The notes under the pieces were generated by a model. That model did not search any database. It was not told the DNA's origin and saw only the letters and a list, made by a program, of their open reading frames with translations. A stretch of DNA of 64,000 nucleotides from Eutreptiella sp. 'Long Island Sound 2002' (lineage: Eukaryota > Protista > Euglenida). The stretch covers positions 141,236,001 to 141,300,000 of the forward strand of contig OZ038378.1 of NCBI GenBank assembly GCA_964036045.1, in the 5' to 3' direction. Below are positions 23,073 to 34,139 of the stretch, in pieces (within the stretch, counting starts at the first letter, position 1; each line of letters opens with the position of its first letter). The translations under genes and the position numbers were made by a program.

Positions 23073-24823
23073 CTAGCGCTTCATCGCCATCGACGCACAA
23101 CAGAGTGAAATATTGATTAATCGCCAACCGGGTGGAGGACGGTCAGCCACATCACAGCACAACGGCTGTGATTCTGCAAATCACCCAAAATGCACACAAC
23201 CCGAGCATCTTGGGCCACATCCACAAAATCGCGACTGAATCAAATTAGGTCCGGACTTCATACGGGACATGCGGCCCCCACATCTTGGACGGGCGTGAGG
23301 CGGGGTAAGATGCAACACGGTGCAGCAAACCGTCTGCCACACCTCTGAGGCGCCGGTTGCCGCGCTATGCGGGTGTGACCAAAATGAAAAGAAAGGGTTA
23401 GAGTTCAGTCTGAGGACACTCATATAGATGGCCTTCTCCACTGGTCTGCGCGGACAAGGGTTTGGCATTCACGGCAAAAATCATACGAAAGCCGCTGCGA
23501 CTTCAAGAAAGGGGCCAGCGCATAATACAAGGCGCTGTAATGGGAGTTTCCTGATGGGCCTTGCTGAAGCAGTGTATGAACGCCTGTTGAATCTCGTGGC
23601 TTAAACACCCGTTTCTGCGATCTCTGCTTTGGGACTGTTTGTTTGTTTGTTTGGAGTCGGTTGTTCGGTGTGTGCCCATCACCGGCACACGGGCTTTGAG
23701 GACTTGCACGTGTTGCTGTTTGTATTTACATGGCCTGACCCATGCAAAGCTCGCTGCTTCGGTGTACCGTGTCCCTGGCGCCACGGCACAAGCGGTCGCA
23801 TGGCCCTCGGGGTAACAAGACTCGTGCAGTCACGTGATGGTCGTTCAAACCGCTGCTATTTTCTCAGGTCACCCAATTTAGTCAGAGCGTGAGGAACCGA
23901 GTGTCCAGGGACCACTTGCCAAACGGAGTCCATGTGACACGTCATGCGGTCCACTGCCAGAGCGGGAGGGGGCACCAACAGCCAAGCGGTCACGTGTGGC
24001 GCGATGCTGAACGAATGCAAACGCGGGTGCAGTGCACGTGGTATCAGCGGTCTGGGGCCTGAGCTCTTGAGAGTGTCTCGGGTCAGAAATCGGTACGGAC
24101 AGCGTGTTCGTGAGCGTCGGGGGCCTCAGCCCACGGCACACACAATCCTCTGCCTCTGCACTCCACCGAGGCCCCTGCCGCATGCGGTTGTTGTGACTGA
24201 TGGGCCCAACACCTGTCCAGAGGACCGGGGGTAAAGCCGACGAACGTGTTCGACGCCACGTCCCGCCAGGTTAGGGTTAGGGTCTTCTGAGATGGAGAGG
24301 GAGAGGGTCTTCTGAAATGGGTCGCGAGAAGATCCCTCATTTCCAGCGTTCCCAGTGATTGTGTTGAAATCCGGACGGGGTGTACAGTGAGGGACCACAC
24401 GAATGTGAGAACAGATGGGCCGGAGGGAGGGAGGGAGGGAGGGAGGGAGGGAGGACTATGCTTTTTCGGTGTGCTACACCGCCCGGGATCCTTTCCTCGA
24501 AGCGCCTTGGGGTTGTCTCGCTTGCATACATACTCATGTACCTTGGTCCCATATGACAGCTTCCATTCTTCCGTATCAGGCAGGGAGGGAGGGACGGAGG
24601 GAGGGAGGCATGTACTGAATTGCCAATGGCCATGGGAATCCCAACTGCCAAATTCAAGTTCCAACCCCACTGGCACCGGCCAATGGACCCTGTGCGGAGG
24701 GCGACTGGGTTCCTCCTACAGGGGTTCAGTATGGGGGAGTATCCGCAAAACAGGCGCACCGCGTCAGGTATTTGAACAACTTCTCTAGGAAATGGTCTCC
24801 AGGGGAGGAGTTCTAGATAGTAC

Positions 24824-24965
24824 CTGGTGGGCTCTGAGGTGTTACCATTTTCCCCTGGTGGGCTCTGGATGGTTGCTGATATTTCCTGATGGGCCTTGGA
24901 TGGTCACTTTTATTTCTTGATGGGCTCTGGATGGTTGCTGTCATTTCTTAGTGGTCCTGGTGGTC
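24824..24965. repeat. Degenerate 31-bp minisatellite, about 4.5 copies
   Basis: Units such as ctggtgggctctggatggttgctgatatttc, ctgatgggccttggatggtcacttttatttc and ttgatgggctctggatggttgctgtcatttc. Confidence 0.75.
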
Positions 24966-26469
24966 CACATCCAGATGTGCTAGAACCCTGTCTGGGGCTC
25001 TGGCAGGCCCGAGCAGGACAAGCGTTGATGGTGCCGAAAAAAAAATAGACACGAAGAGAACAGACACCCAGAAAGTGGATGGCCATGAACTCACCAAACA
25101 CGGAGGGAGCGAGAACTGTCGTTGCCACACTCCTGTCAGTCGAGCGGGTGTAAATGACTGACACCCCTGCGTGAAGCCATGCGAGAGACATAGCTCTGTT
25201 GAGAAACGGGGTCGAATTCTGCAATAAAATTCTGCAACCAACAGGCCTAGAAACAAGCGAACACGACAAAAGACATCACAGAAGCAAAAACAAAGCGCAC
25301 ATGCAGATTGGGAACATTTTGCGCCCCCCAGATGGATGCAGTTGCCTCTAAATCGGCTGAAAGGGTCTATGGAACAACCTCAGCACCCGCAACGTGTGCG
25401 CACAGCGTCTGATACTCCCCCTATGGGCCAGCAGGTCGGCAATACTGCAGAAGTGGGCCTGCCATGTCAAGGGACAACCCGCTGCTCATCACGAGGCAAT
25501 GCCAGTACCCTTGCGACATCCCGTTCCCTTGACCACAAACCCCGGGCTGACTCTTCCCACCCCTCTTGTCCAAGGCGTGCCGAGGCACCTCAGCAATACG
25601 ATACGTGCACCTCTGGTACCTTCTACACAACCGCACATTGGCCACGCGGCGTGCGTCTCCTCACCGTCACACCAGTCAACCAACATCCTTTAGGTGCCTC
25701 AGTGCAGGTCGGCGTGGTACCCGCAAACAGTGATGCACCGCGTGGCATGCTTTCTCAATCGGCCCCATACCAATGCAACACCAAGATCAACTCCAAACCC
25801 TTGTGCCTCAGTGCGACGTTGGACTGGGTGCCGCTTTACACTACACGCCACATTGATACAGCACGCCCGGTGTAGCATGGGCAAAGACAAACGCCGCACC
25901 TCGGACGGCTTGGGGGCGGGGAGGGGGGGGGGGGGGGGGAGGGCTAAAATCAGGTCATCCGATGTGTGGGCATGTGGCAAGCTGGGCAGAGGCAGCTGCT
26001 AAAACAGCACCCCTCCTCGGGCGCATGACTTAATCTGATGGGCATGTCCTGGGCATAGGCTTTCAAGGGTGTGCGCCAGTTGCTCTCAGCACAGATCAGG
26101 CGGCAAGTCACGAGGGATGCATGCGTCCAGTGACAAGGTATTTCCATTCGGGCGGGGGGGGGGGGGGGCGGGGGGGATACAGCCCCATCGCCGGAACGTG
26201 GATTCTGCCCTGAAAACAAACTGCATACGGCTGCATAGCGAAGTGGGCTTGGGATGTGCATAGTGTTCCAAGTGGCTGGCTCAGCAACCAGACCTGCCCG
26301 CCCCTCGGCAGCTAGTGAAGATTGGGGAGCAAGGGTGTGGGCAAACAGTGAGACACGCACGGTGCACGGGCATGGCATTGCAGAGAATAGGCATCAAGCG
26401 GTATGTTCTGATGGTGTCGAGGTCAGGCCTCCTGAGTAGCCGGCACCAGAATCACCGGCCATTTCCATG

Positions 26470-26745
26470 GCTTTGTTAAAAAAAAACTGTAAAAAACGTT
26501 AACCTTGAAAAAAAAACGTAAAACCCTGTAAATAAAACGGAACAAAAATAAAAAAAACTGCAAAAAACCCCGTGAGAAAAAAAATTGAAAAAAAAAAAAA
26601 GGAAAACTGAAAATGAAAAATGGTACAGACAAGTAAGAAAAGTAATAAAACGAATAAACTGTCAAAAAACGTACAAAAAAACAGAAACAAAGAGAAAAAC
26701 CTGTCAAAAAAAAAAGTGAAACAATTTGGTAAAACAACTTGTACT
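26470..26745 (+). repeat. Strongly A-rich low-complexity tract
   Basis: Runs of A4-A14 separated by short C/T/G spacers; the F-rich minus-strand ORFs are compositional artefacts. Confidence 0.85.
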
Positions 26746-28479
26746 GAGCAAAATTGTGCACTTGCGCCGTGCACAATGTGCCGCGTGCCGTGTGTCTTGC
26801 TCAGTACGGAGGCCGAAATGCGGGGCTAGAACGAATTTACTTGCATTGAAGAGGCCAATGACACCAGTCGGCGGCGATCTTTTGCGGAGATCACTGATGT
26901 GTCGCACGGGAGGAAGAACGCGGTCCTCCACTGCCCCGTGGGCCCCTTCCACCCAACAATTTGCACGCGGGATGCCACGAAGGGCTCCTCCGAGCGGATG
27001 CGTGCGATACAAGAGACTTCGGCAGAGAATCCTCGGGGGACAAAAGCTGGGAGACACTGCCCTGAAGTAAACGGACTGGTCGTCCTGACTGACGGAGATC
27101 AGAACAGTGCGGGCGCCCAAAGCGCTTGCGTCACGTGCCTGGCTCGGGGGGGGGGGTCTGAAGGGGGGGGGGGGTCTGAAGTGTCTGCCCTTTCAAAGTC
27201 CGTTCACCACCCGCTAAACGGGAGCGGGACGACAGGCATTCCCCAGGCGCTGGCGCACCAGACGGATGGGCCATCAGACACAACGGCGGCGACTAAAGGT
27301 GGCTGCGACAAGGCACTTCGAAGTGGCCTTGATAGAGCCCCTTTACTGAACCGCAGAATCTCCCCTAAAACCAACCTCAGAAACTGTTTCACAGCCAAGG
27401 GGGCTTACGATGGGCATAGTGTCCGAAGCTGTTCTGCGGCATGCTACAGCATGCTTCGAACCGCTGCTGGGGGATGGGGCACTTGCCCAAAATCACAGGC
27501 ACCAGCAAACCCATGCCCTACTGCTCCGAAATACATCCCTAACCGCCTGCAAAAACTCAACAACGTGGAAAATTCACAGCTCTGCCTATGGGTCCACCTT
27601 CTCGGCACTTTCTGCTTCTTGTCCTTGTGGACATACATCATTGCCAAATGGCACACCGTGTCAGTGCTCAGATGCAGGCAAAAGTGTGGCAAAATGTGGT
27701 CCATTAAACTGCTGGCCCTTGCCACATGACATATGTGGACCAAAGGTCGTAAAAAAGAAAGACTGCAAGAGATAATAGGAAACAATCAACCGTGCAGATT
27801 TGACCTCCGACCATGCAACTGCTGCAGAGGTTGTTGTCAGCAGTGGATTTGGTGCTTGCAGCACAATGTACCACTCCCAATCTGTGCGTGGAAAACAACG
27901 GATGCACTTGGTTCTGTCGCCAGGGGTGTTTGTAGCAGTTCAGGGTTCACGCATTCCATGACTTTGCATTTTTGCGTGGTTCTTGCTGGTTTTCTGGCAA
28001 AGTCTGTCAACCTTCTTGCGCATCAAGTCTGCCACTTCCTGTGGTTGTGCAGTTAACGTACCATCATGCCCGGGGAAAAGCACAGTGGCAGAGGTTTGGG
28101 TGCTGTGGTATGGTACTGCATGCCACGGCATGCTGCAGCATGCGGAGACGGTTGCAGAGATCATCATATACAGGGAGGCGTTTGGATCCAGCAATTCGGT
28201 CCAAGAGGCATTGGTAGCCTGTGTGTTTTGTACACCATGGCTGGTTGGGGAACACCCAAGGGTGTGTGGCTTGAAAAGACCCTGAGGGGTTTTGTCACAC
28301 CTGTGGCGGTGAAAAGGGGGGGGGGTCTCCTCTTTCCAATTTTCCCATTCAAGCAAAACCCACCCCAAACCTGGTCAAAGCTGCGCTTAAAGCGCAACAA
28401 ACTGTGGCGTCCCTCTTGTTTGCCTCATTAACAAAAGGGGTAATGAGCATACGTGCGTCGTGTGACATGACCAGGCCAT

Positions 28480-29000
28480 TGCTTAGTGATAATGGGGGGG
28501 GGGGGGTGAAATGGGTCCTCCGGGGATGTTGGCTGACCCACCCACCCACCCTCAGACCCACCCACCTGTCTGCCTGATACCCTGAAGGGGGGGGGGGGGG
28601 GGGTCACAGAACAATTTCACACTTTGGTCTGTACATGGTTCTTGGGCAGAAGAAGGCAGATAATAAGAAAGTGCACAATAGGAACCGAACGGCGTAGGCA
28701 GGCTGCTCTGACCACTGGATTACTGGCTTAGCATAGTTGGTAACAGTGTAGGGCGAAACAGGTCTGCACAAAGTGGCAGCACCCCCATGTGTCACAATGT
28801 GCCTCGGCCCATGAACGACATTGGCGGTCTACCAAGCTCAGCAACCCACCCACCCACCCAAAAAAGCGGACACCCCCCCCAGGGGTGGGGGGGGGTACCT
28901 GCATTTTTCCCAAAATCAGGGGAAACCAGACAAACCCACCCACCCACCCTCAGACCACCCCCCCTTGGTATAGTATCAACCCACCACTAAGCAATGGCCT
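28480..29000 (+). repeat. Family C-related repeats (ccacccacccaccctcagacc x2-3, poly-G)
   Basis: cccacccaccctcagacc at about 28540-28560 and 28935-28960; cttagtgataatggggggg and its near reverse complement ccaccactaagcaatggcc. Confidence 0.6.
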
Positions 29001-29659
29001 GGTCGTGACATACACGCAAGAAATAAGGGAACTTGAATGTCCTACAGTTCATGAAATCAGGACCCCTCAACACAAGCAGGTCATAGTGAAGACATGGCAC
29101 CGCTGGCACCGCTGGTACTCCACAGTAGCTGACCAGCCTCGTAAAACACAAGCCGTGTGCGGACCTGAAACGGCATCTGAGAAAAGACTTTGAGAAAAGA
29201 CGGTGAACGTTTGGCGGTTGACCATTGGTGAGGCCTTTGACTGAACTGTTGTCTGCCTGGCTGCTGGCCGCCTTTGCAAATCGACTGACAGGTGCAGGGT
29301 TTGGCAGAAGATGCTGAGTGGGCGTTGTCTAGTGGCTCACAAGCGACTGAAACAGTTGAAGATTGTTGCCAAAGGCTCATGGCAGTTGACCTCACAGGCC
29401 CATGTGGCGTGCAAAAGGGAAGAGGAGTTGAGTGATAACAATCAGCACCGGTGGTGGGTGTGCTGCTGTACCTCTTGTCGCCCATGAATCATGGAGATCA
29501 GATGTGTGGTGGTGGATACCGCAAGGGCTGTCATGAAAAAAGGTGTAAAGTAGGCCGAGTGACGTTGTAACGCGGCGTATGTCCAAAGGACAACGCTCGT
29601 CTTTTAAACGGACAGGGTACTCCATGAGACAGTTTAGGCCATCAAGCCCTGCCCCATGC

Positions 29660-30545
29660 TCAGACGCAGCTTGATCCTTTCTCCTCAACTTCATCTGGTT
29701 CTGCCGCTGCGCACTTTTCCGGCCCCAAAGTTCCCCCACTTTCCAGCGGTTTGAAAACTTCCAGATTTTCCTCAGTTTTGGAAACTTCCGGAATTTCCGC
29801 AGTTTTGGACACTTCCAGAATCTCCGGAATGCCACGTTCCATTTCCTTTGCCACTGTGTCCCAGGGGTCTGGGCTCTCAGTGTTGTGGTTCCCCACTGCC
29901 TCCGTCCAGGGGTCTGAGCTCTGCATGCTGGGGTCAAAGGGCGTGGCGGATCCCGAGTTGCGGCGGTGCCGTGTGCGCATCCGGATGCACTTACACGCCA
30001 CAACCACGGCGATGAGGGGAACGAGCAGCAGCCCCAGCAACGCTAGCATCGCTGCGTTGGACTCGCTAGGATCCTCCGGGCTTGGGCTGGCCGGACTGGG
30101 GTTGGGGCTGGGACTCGGACTGGCGTATGCCTGGGAGTACGTGACGACGCACAGTGAGTTGTTCGTGCTGTCGTTCGCTCCCACTACAACACAGGCGGCC
30201 GCGGTGGGGCACCCGTCGATGGTGGTGTCGGAGAAGGCCGACACACAAGAGCCAGTCATGACATACTTCAACAGAACAACGTCCAGGGGAACTGTTCTGT
30301 CGGTGCTGATGACTTCCACTCGCAGGTCCGAAGGCACGGAGAAACCGCCCATGTACAGTGGGAGGCTCAAAGAGCTGACCTGATCGAAAATGAGGTAGCT
30401 ACCAGACTCAAAGTCCGCGTTGCCTGTGGAGGACGAGTATGCGGTGTCGCTGCCGAGGGTGCAGTTGCCGTAGTTCAGGAGGGCGGCTCCGTAGCTGACG
30501 TGAATGTCTGACAGCGAATCCCCGCAGATCGTCGATGTCACCGTC
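29660..30545 (-). CDS. Terminal exon of a type I membrane protein: Ser/Thr/Cys-rich ectodomain end, Ser-Pro stalk, TM helix, acidic cytoplasmic tail
   Basis: ORF 29660..30553 with acceptor GCACAG|G at 30546. SPSPSPNPSPASPSP is followed by AMLALLGLLLVPLIAVVVAC (TM) and the basic stop-transfer RMRTRHRR. The tail has three 9-aa repeats (EILEVSKTA/EIPEVSKTE/ENLEVFKPL). GC3-biased codons. Confidence 0.85.
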
Positions 30546-30669
30546 CTGTGCACCAGAGAAGTGCATGCGTGCAGGGGAGGGGTGCATGTGCGCGCCCAGG
30601 GAAGGGACGGAGTGTTGCAAGGAGGGAAGGGGTGCAGGTGTGTGTGCGCGCGCGAGTGTCACGGGAGGC

Positions 30670-30752
30670 CTAAATAAGGTGACCTTAGCGAAAGCGTAGG
30701 TGGAATCTGTGGTAGAGTGACCTTGTGTAACACCGCCACCCACAAAGAGCCA
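30670..30752 (-). CDS. Internal 83-nt exon (WLFVGGGVTQGHSTTDSTYAFAKVTLF-R) of the same membrane-protein gene
   Basis: Acceptor CAATTCAG|TGG, phase 0, matching the upstream exon. It joins the terminal exon in frame only through a 124-nt GC...AG intron (30669-30546). Confidence 0.6.
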
Positions 30753-31583
30753 CTGAATTGCAACACTCAAAGGCAAATAACTTCAAAAAGGAGTGGAAAT
30801 GAAAGATGATGCAAAGTGACATATGAAAACGAAATGCACTGTCAGAGCGAGGACCCACTGCATAGATGCTTTTCGGCCTGCTCTCCGCATACAGCACGGC
30901 ATCAAGAAAATGTCGCGGGTGACCATGCCACTGAACGCCCTTGATGAGGTAAAGACACCATGCATTGCCAGCATGGCCGTAAAGAACTTCCCACCGCTTA
31001 CCGGCCTGGAGAGGGTGTGGCCGGGAGGGGGATGGAGGTCGGAGACTTGCGCACATGAGTCCTGAAGGAGGGGTCGTGAACGTGGGCACACCTAAATGTG
31101 GGATGCACTGACTTGTTCCTGTCCCCCCTGGGGAGGGCGCAGGAGGGCATGCCTCACGACCATCCCTCTGGTCTAAAGAAGCGCTAGTTTCATGGAAGGG
31201 AGTGGTGCTGCGCCAGTGCATGGGGGGGTCACGGCCAGGGCTGTCTGTGTGTGAGGGGGGGGGGGATAGCAAGTATGGGGCGGCAACTATTTGATGAGGT
31301 AGCGGAAAATGCTGCCTGCCCCATTGCGGTGCAGAGCTGTGCTAGTCAACATAGTGGGAGGGGGTCCCATCGGCTGAGGCATGAGACAAAATTCTCTAGC
31401 ATCTGGGGCACAGTGCTTGGAGAAAAGAAGCTGGCGGGCCAGGGCTAGTAAGGTGGGAGAGGGGCTGCAGGACCACGGAAAACATCCTATTCAAATCAGG
31501 GTGCGAGCAGCGAAAGACAATGTGATGGTTGGCCTACTTGCAGAAGCATGTGAGCCACGCAAAGCAGTGCAACAGACCCAAGC

Positions 31584-31640
31584 AACATGTTCATGTTCAT
31601 GTTCATGTTCACCTCGCATGAACATGAACATGAACATGTT
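31584..31640. repeat. Perfect 24-bp inverted repeat built from (ATGTTC)n/(GAACAT)n, 9-nt loop
   Basis: aacatgttcatgttcatgttcatg-ttcacctcg-catgaacatgaacatgaacatgtt. Confidence 0.95.
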
Positions 31641-32329
31641 CATGCAAAGTCTGTTCATGTTCCACCCGAAACAAGCAATATTTGTGCAAAACCTGGCCGG
31701 CCCCATCTACACAATTTCTGCCAAAAGTACAAGACACTGATTTAGGACGTACATTTGTTGAAATGTTTATTAAGGTTGACCGGACTTTTGGTCAACTCAT
31801 CAAATAGCCTCTACTAACTTCACAGAAAAATGTGAGCCACATAGAGCAACACAGCAAGCCGCAAACCGGGTCTATCCATTCTGATCCCGGGGGGGCAACT
31901 CCTCGGTCCTGGACGCCAACTACCCCCCAACTAACCGTTGGGCGAAGGCCCCCTTGGGGGGGGGGGGGGGGGGGGGCAATGGGGGGGGTGTTTGGGAGGA
32001 TCTTTGGGGGGGGGGGTCCAGGAGGGTGGAGTGGAGGGGTTGGGGGGGTGGAAGGGGGGGGGGGGCGGGGCGGGTGGGGCGATTTGGGGTGGGAGGGGGG
32101 GGGGCAAAGGCTCCCCTTACCTCCACTTGCCCTCCCTCAAACCATAGCATCACCATAAACCTAACCCTAACCTTTGCAGCCAGCTGGTTCGGCCATGCTA
32201 GCCATGTTGATTGGGCTGAACAAGATCCCCAAATTTTCGTTCATGGCTGCTTTTGCCACATCATTGCTCTCCATTGTGGACCCCCACACTAACTCTGATC
32301 CTAGCCTAGGGTTAGAGCTAGGGCTAGGG

Positions 32330-32760
32330 CTAGGGGTGGGGTCACCAAGCTGGTGGAACCAATCTTGGTTTTATAACCCTTTTTAGTGTCTAGGGTGGAC
32401 CTACCAGGTTTAGCAGCAGCAGCAGCAGCAAGCAGCAGCAAGCAGCAGCAAGCAAGCAGCACGCGCGAAATGGGGAAAAATCAGACTTCCGTCGTGGTGC
32501 TTCGGATTCGGGTGAAATTTTGGTGGATGATACCTATGGGTGTGAAGTACAATCACACAAAGTTTGAGCAAGAAACTCAACGGTGGCGGCTGGGAACGGG
32601 ATTCGCAAGTGGCGGACCTCAGTTTCAAAAACTGCTGTTTATGGCCAAAAGCAGCCATTTTTGGGGAAAAACGGCCCTGGAACACATTCAAAACGGCCAA
32701 ACGAAGGGAAACGGTGGGTACACCCCACGTGCGGCTTGACTTCCCCGTGTCAACGAGCTC
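32330..32760 (+). repeat. Family B copy with an internal (AGC/AGCA)n tract
   Basis: gggtcaccaagctggtgg...gggtggacctacca...tttggtggatgatacctat...gcaagtggcggacct, homologous to 7590-7800 plus 10200-10260, and to reverse copies at 11600-11870, 12700-12870 and 38820-39130. Confidence 0.8.
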
Positions 32761-32934
32761 TTTGCGGCCCTCTAACTCCATGATATGTCCCGGAAACGGC
32801 CCAAAAAGGCCCCTAGAAGCTCCAAATGCCGACAGCCACAAACCAAGAATAGGCCATATCTTTGGCTACATGGCTCAAAATGCGATTCCGAGGGCACCTA
32901 CTCCACCCGCAACCCCCCACTTTTTGTGGTTTCC

Positions 32935-33590
32935 ACCCCTCAAAATTGCCCAAACGGACGCCTAGACCCCAATACCTAGGCCCACTAGGCTGCGGCAAGC
33001 TGCAAGCTCAAGCCCAAACACGTGGGTGCCCAAATGGGTCAACAGGGTCCAATAGGGGCAAAAAGATGACTTTTCTCAAAAATGATCCTAGACCATGTGC
33101 GACGCCGAAACAAGTGTTTTTGGACCGTTTTGAGCTTGTGGTGGCCCATTTTGGTCCTCCGAAAATCCCAAAATGCCTTGAAAATGGGCTGTTTTGGGAC
33201 CAAAAATGGGTCAAAAATGGGTCAAAAACGCATTTTTCCAAACCTCATCCTAGACCATTTGGGGTGCACAAACGGGTGAAATGAGCCCATTTTGAGCCCA
33301 TTTTGGGGCATTTTGGCCCCTCAGAAGTCCAAAAAGCCTCGAAAGTGGGCCTCATGGTGATGGGGTTCACTTGCAAGCTGATTTCACTTTGTCAAGAGTC
33401 ATCAATGTGTGAATCATTCTTGATGTCCCTCACCAGTCATAGCTGATGTTCCCTCCCCCACCAGCTCGGTCCCAATATTTAGTCTTGATTAGGGCTAGGG
33501 CTCGGGCTAGGGGTAGGATTAGGACTAGGCGTGGAGTTGGGGCAGGCGTTAGGGTCAGGGTTGGGTTTAAGGATAGTGTTGGGGTGCAAA
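32935..33590 (+). mobile_element. Young non-autonomous element (family D), copy 1, ending in the 47-bp core and a TTAGGG-like tract
   Basis: Near-identical over about 550 bp to 51200-51750 (few substitutions and indels by eye). No coding capacity. Confidence 0.8.
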
Positions 33591-34060
33591 GTGGACAAAA
33601 CTTTGGTGCCCATGGAGCCTCGCGCGCCTTCGGCCCCCATGGACGCCTATGGGCAGGGGTAGTTGGCGTCCTAGGACCCGCGAAGTCGCCCCCCCCCCCC
33701 GCCCCAGGTTTGTGACTTCGAAAAAGGCAATGAAAACTTTGGCCATCATTGTGTTGTATTGCAACCTAATCAGATTTAACGATGAAACACGCCCAAATTA
33801 GAACTGGCTACGCTTTGGCATCAACCATAAACCCATGGCAACAAGGTCGGGGTAAACATGCAGTAACAGTTTTACCTTCGCTCCTTCCAACAGCAAGATG
33901 GTTGAACAAACCATGACAACAGATGTTATGTGACCCAATATTGTTGGTAGGTATTGTTGGGATGGGGGGGGGGGTGCAAGGAGGGGAGAGGTGCATGTCG
34001 GGAGGGGCCATGTGGGGATGAGGGCATGCCGGGAGGGGTGGGTGGGTGGGCGGGTGGGTG

Positions 34061-34139
34061 GGTGGTGGTGGTGGTGGTGGTGGTGGTGGTGGTGGTGGTG
34101 GTGGTGGTGGTGGTGGTGGTGGTGGCGGTGGTGGTGGTG
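34061..34139 (+). repeat. (GGT)n microsatellite
   Basis: About 26 GGT units; the source of the spurious poly-H/T/W/V ORFs. Confidence 0.95.

Noticed and set aside
26423-26829. Phe-rich or Lys-rich ORFs resembling membrane proteins
   Set aside because: Artefact of the A-rich low-complexity tract.
33487-33590. True telomere or chromosome end
   Set aside because: Short, degenerate, internal and followed by ordinary sequence; the same applies to the other TTAGGG-like patches.
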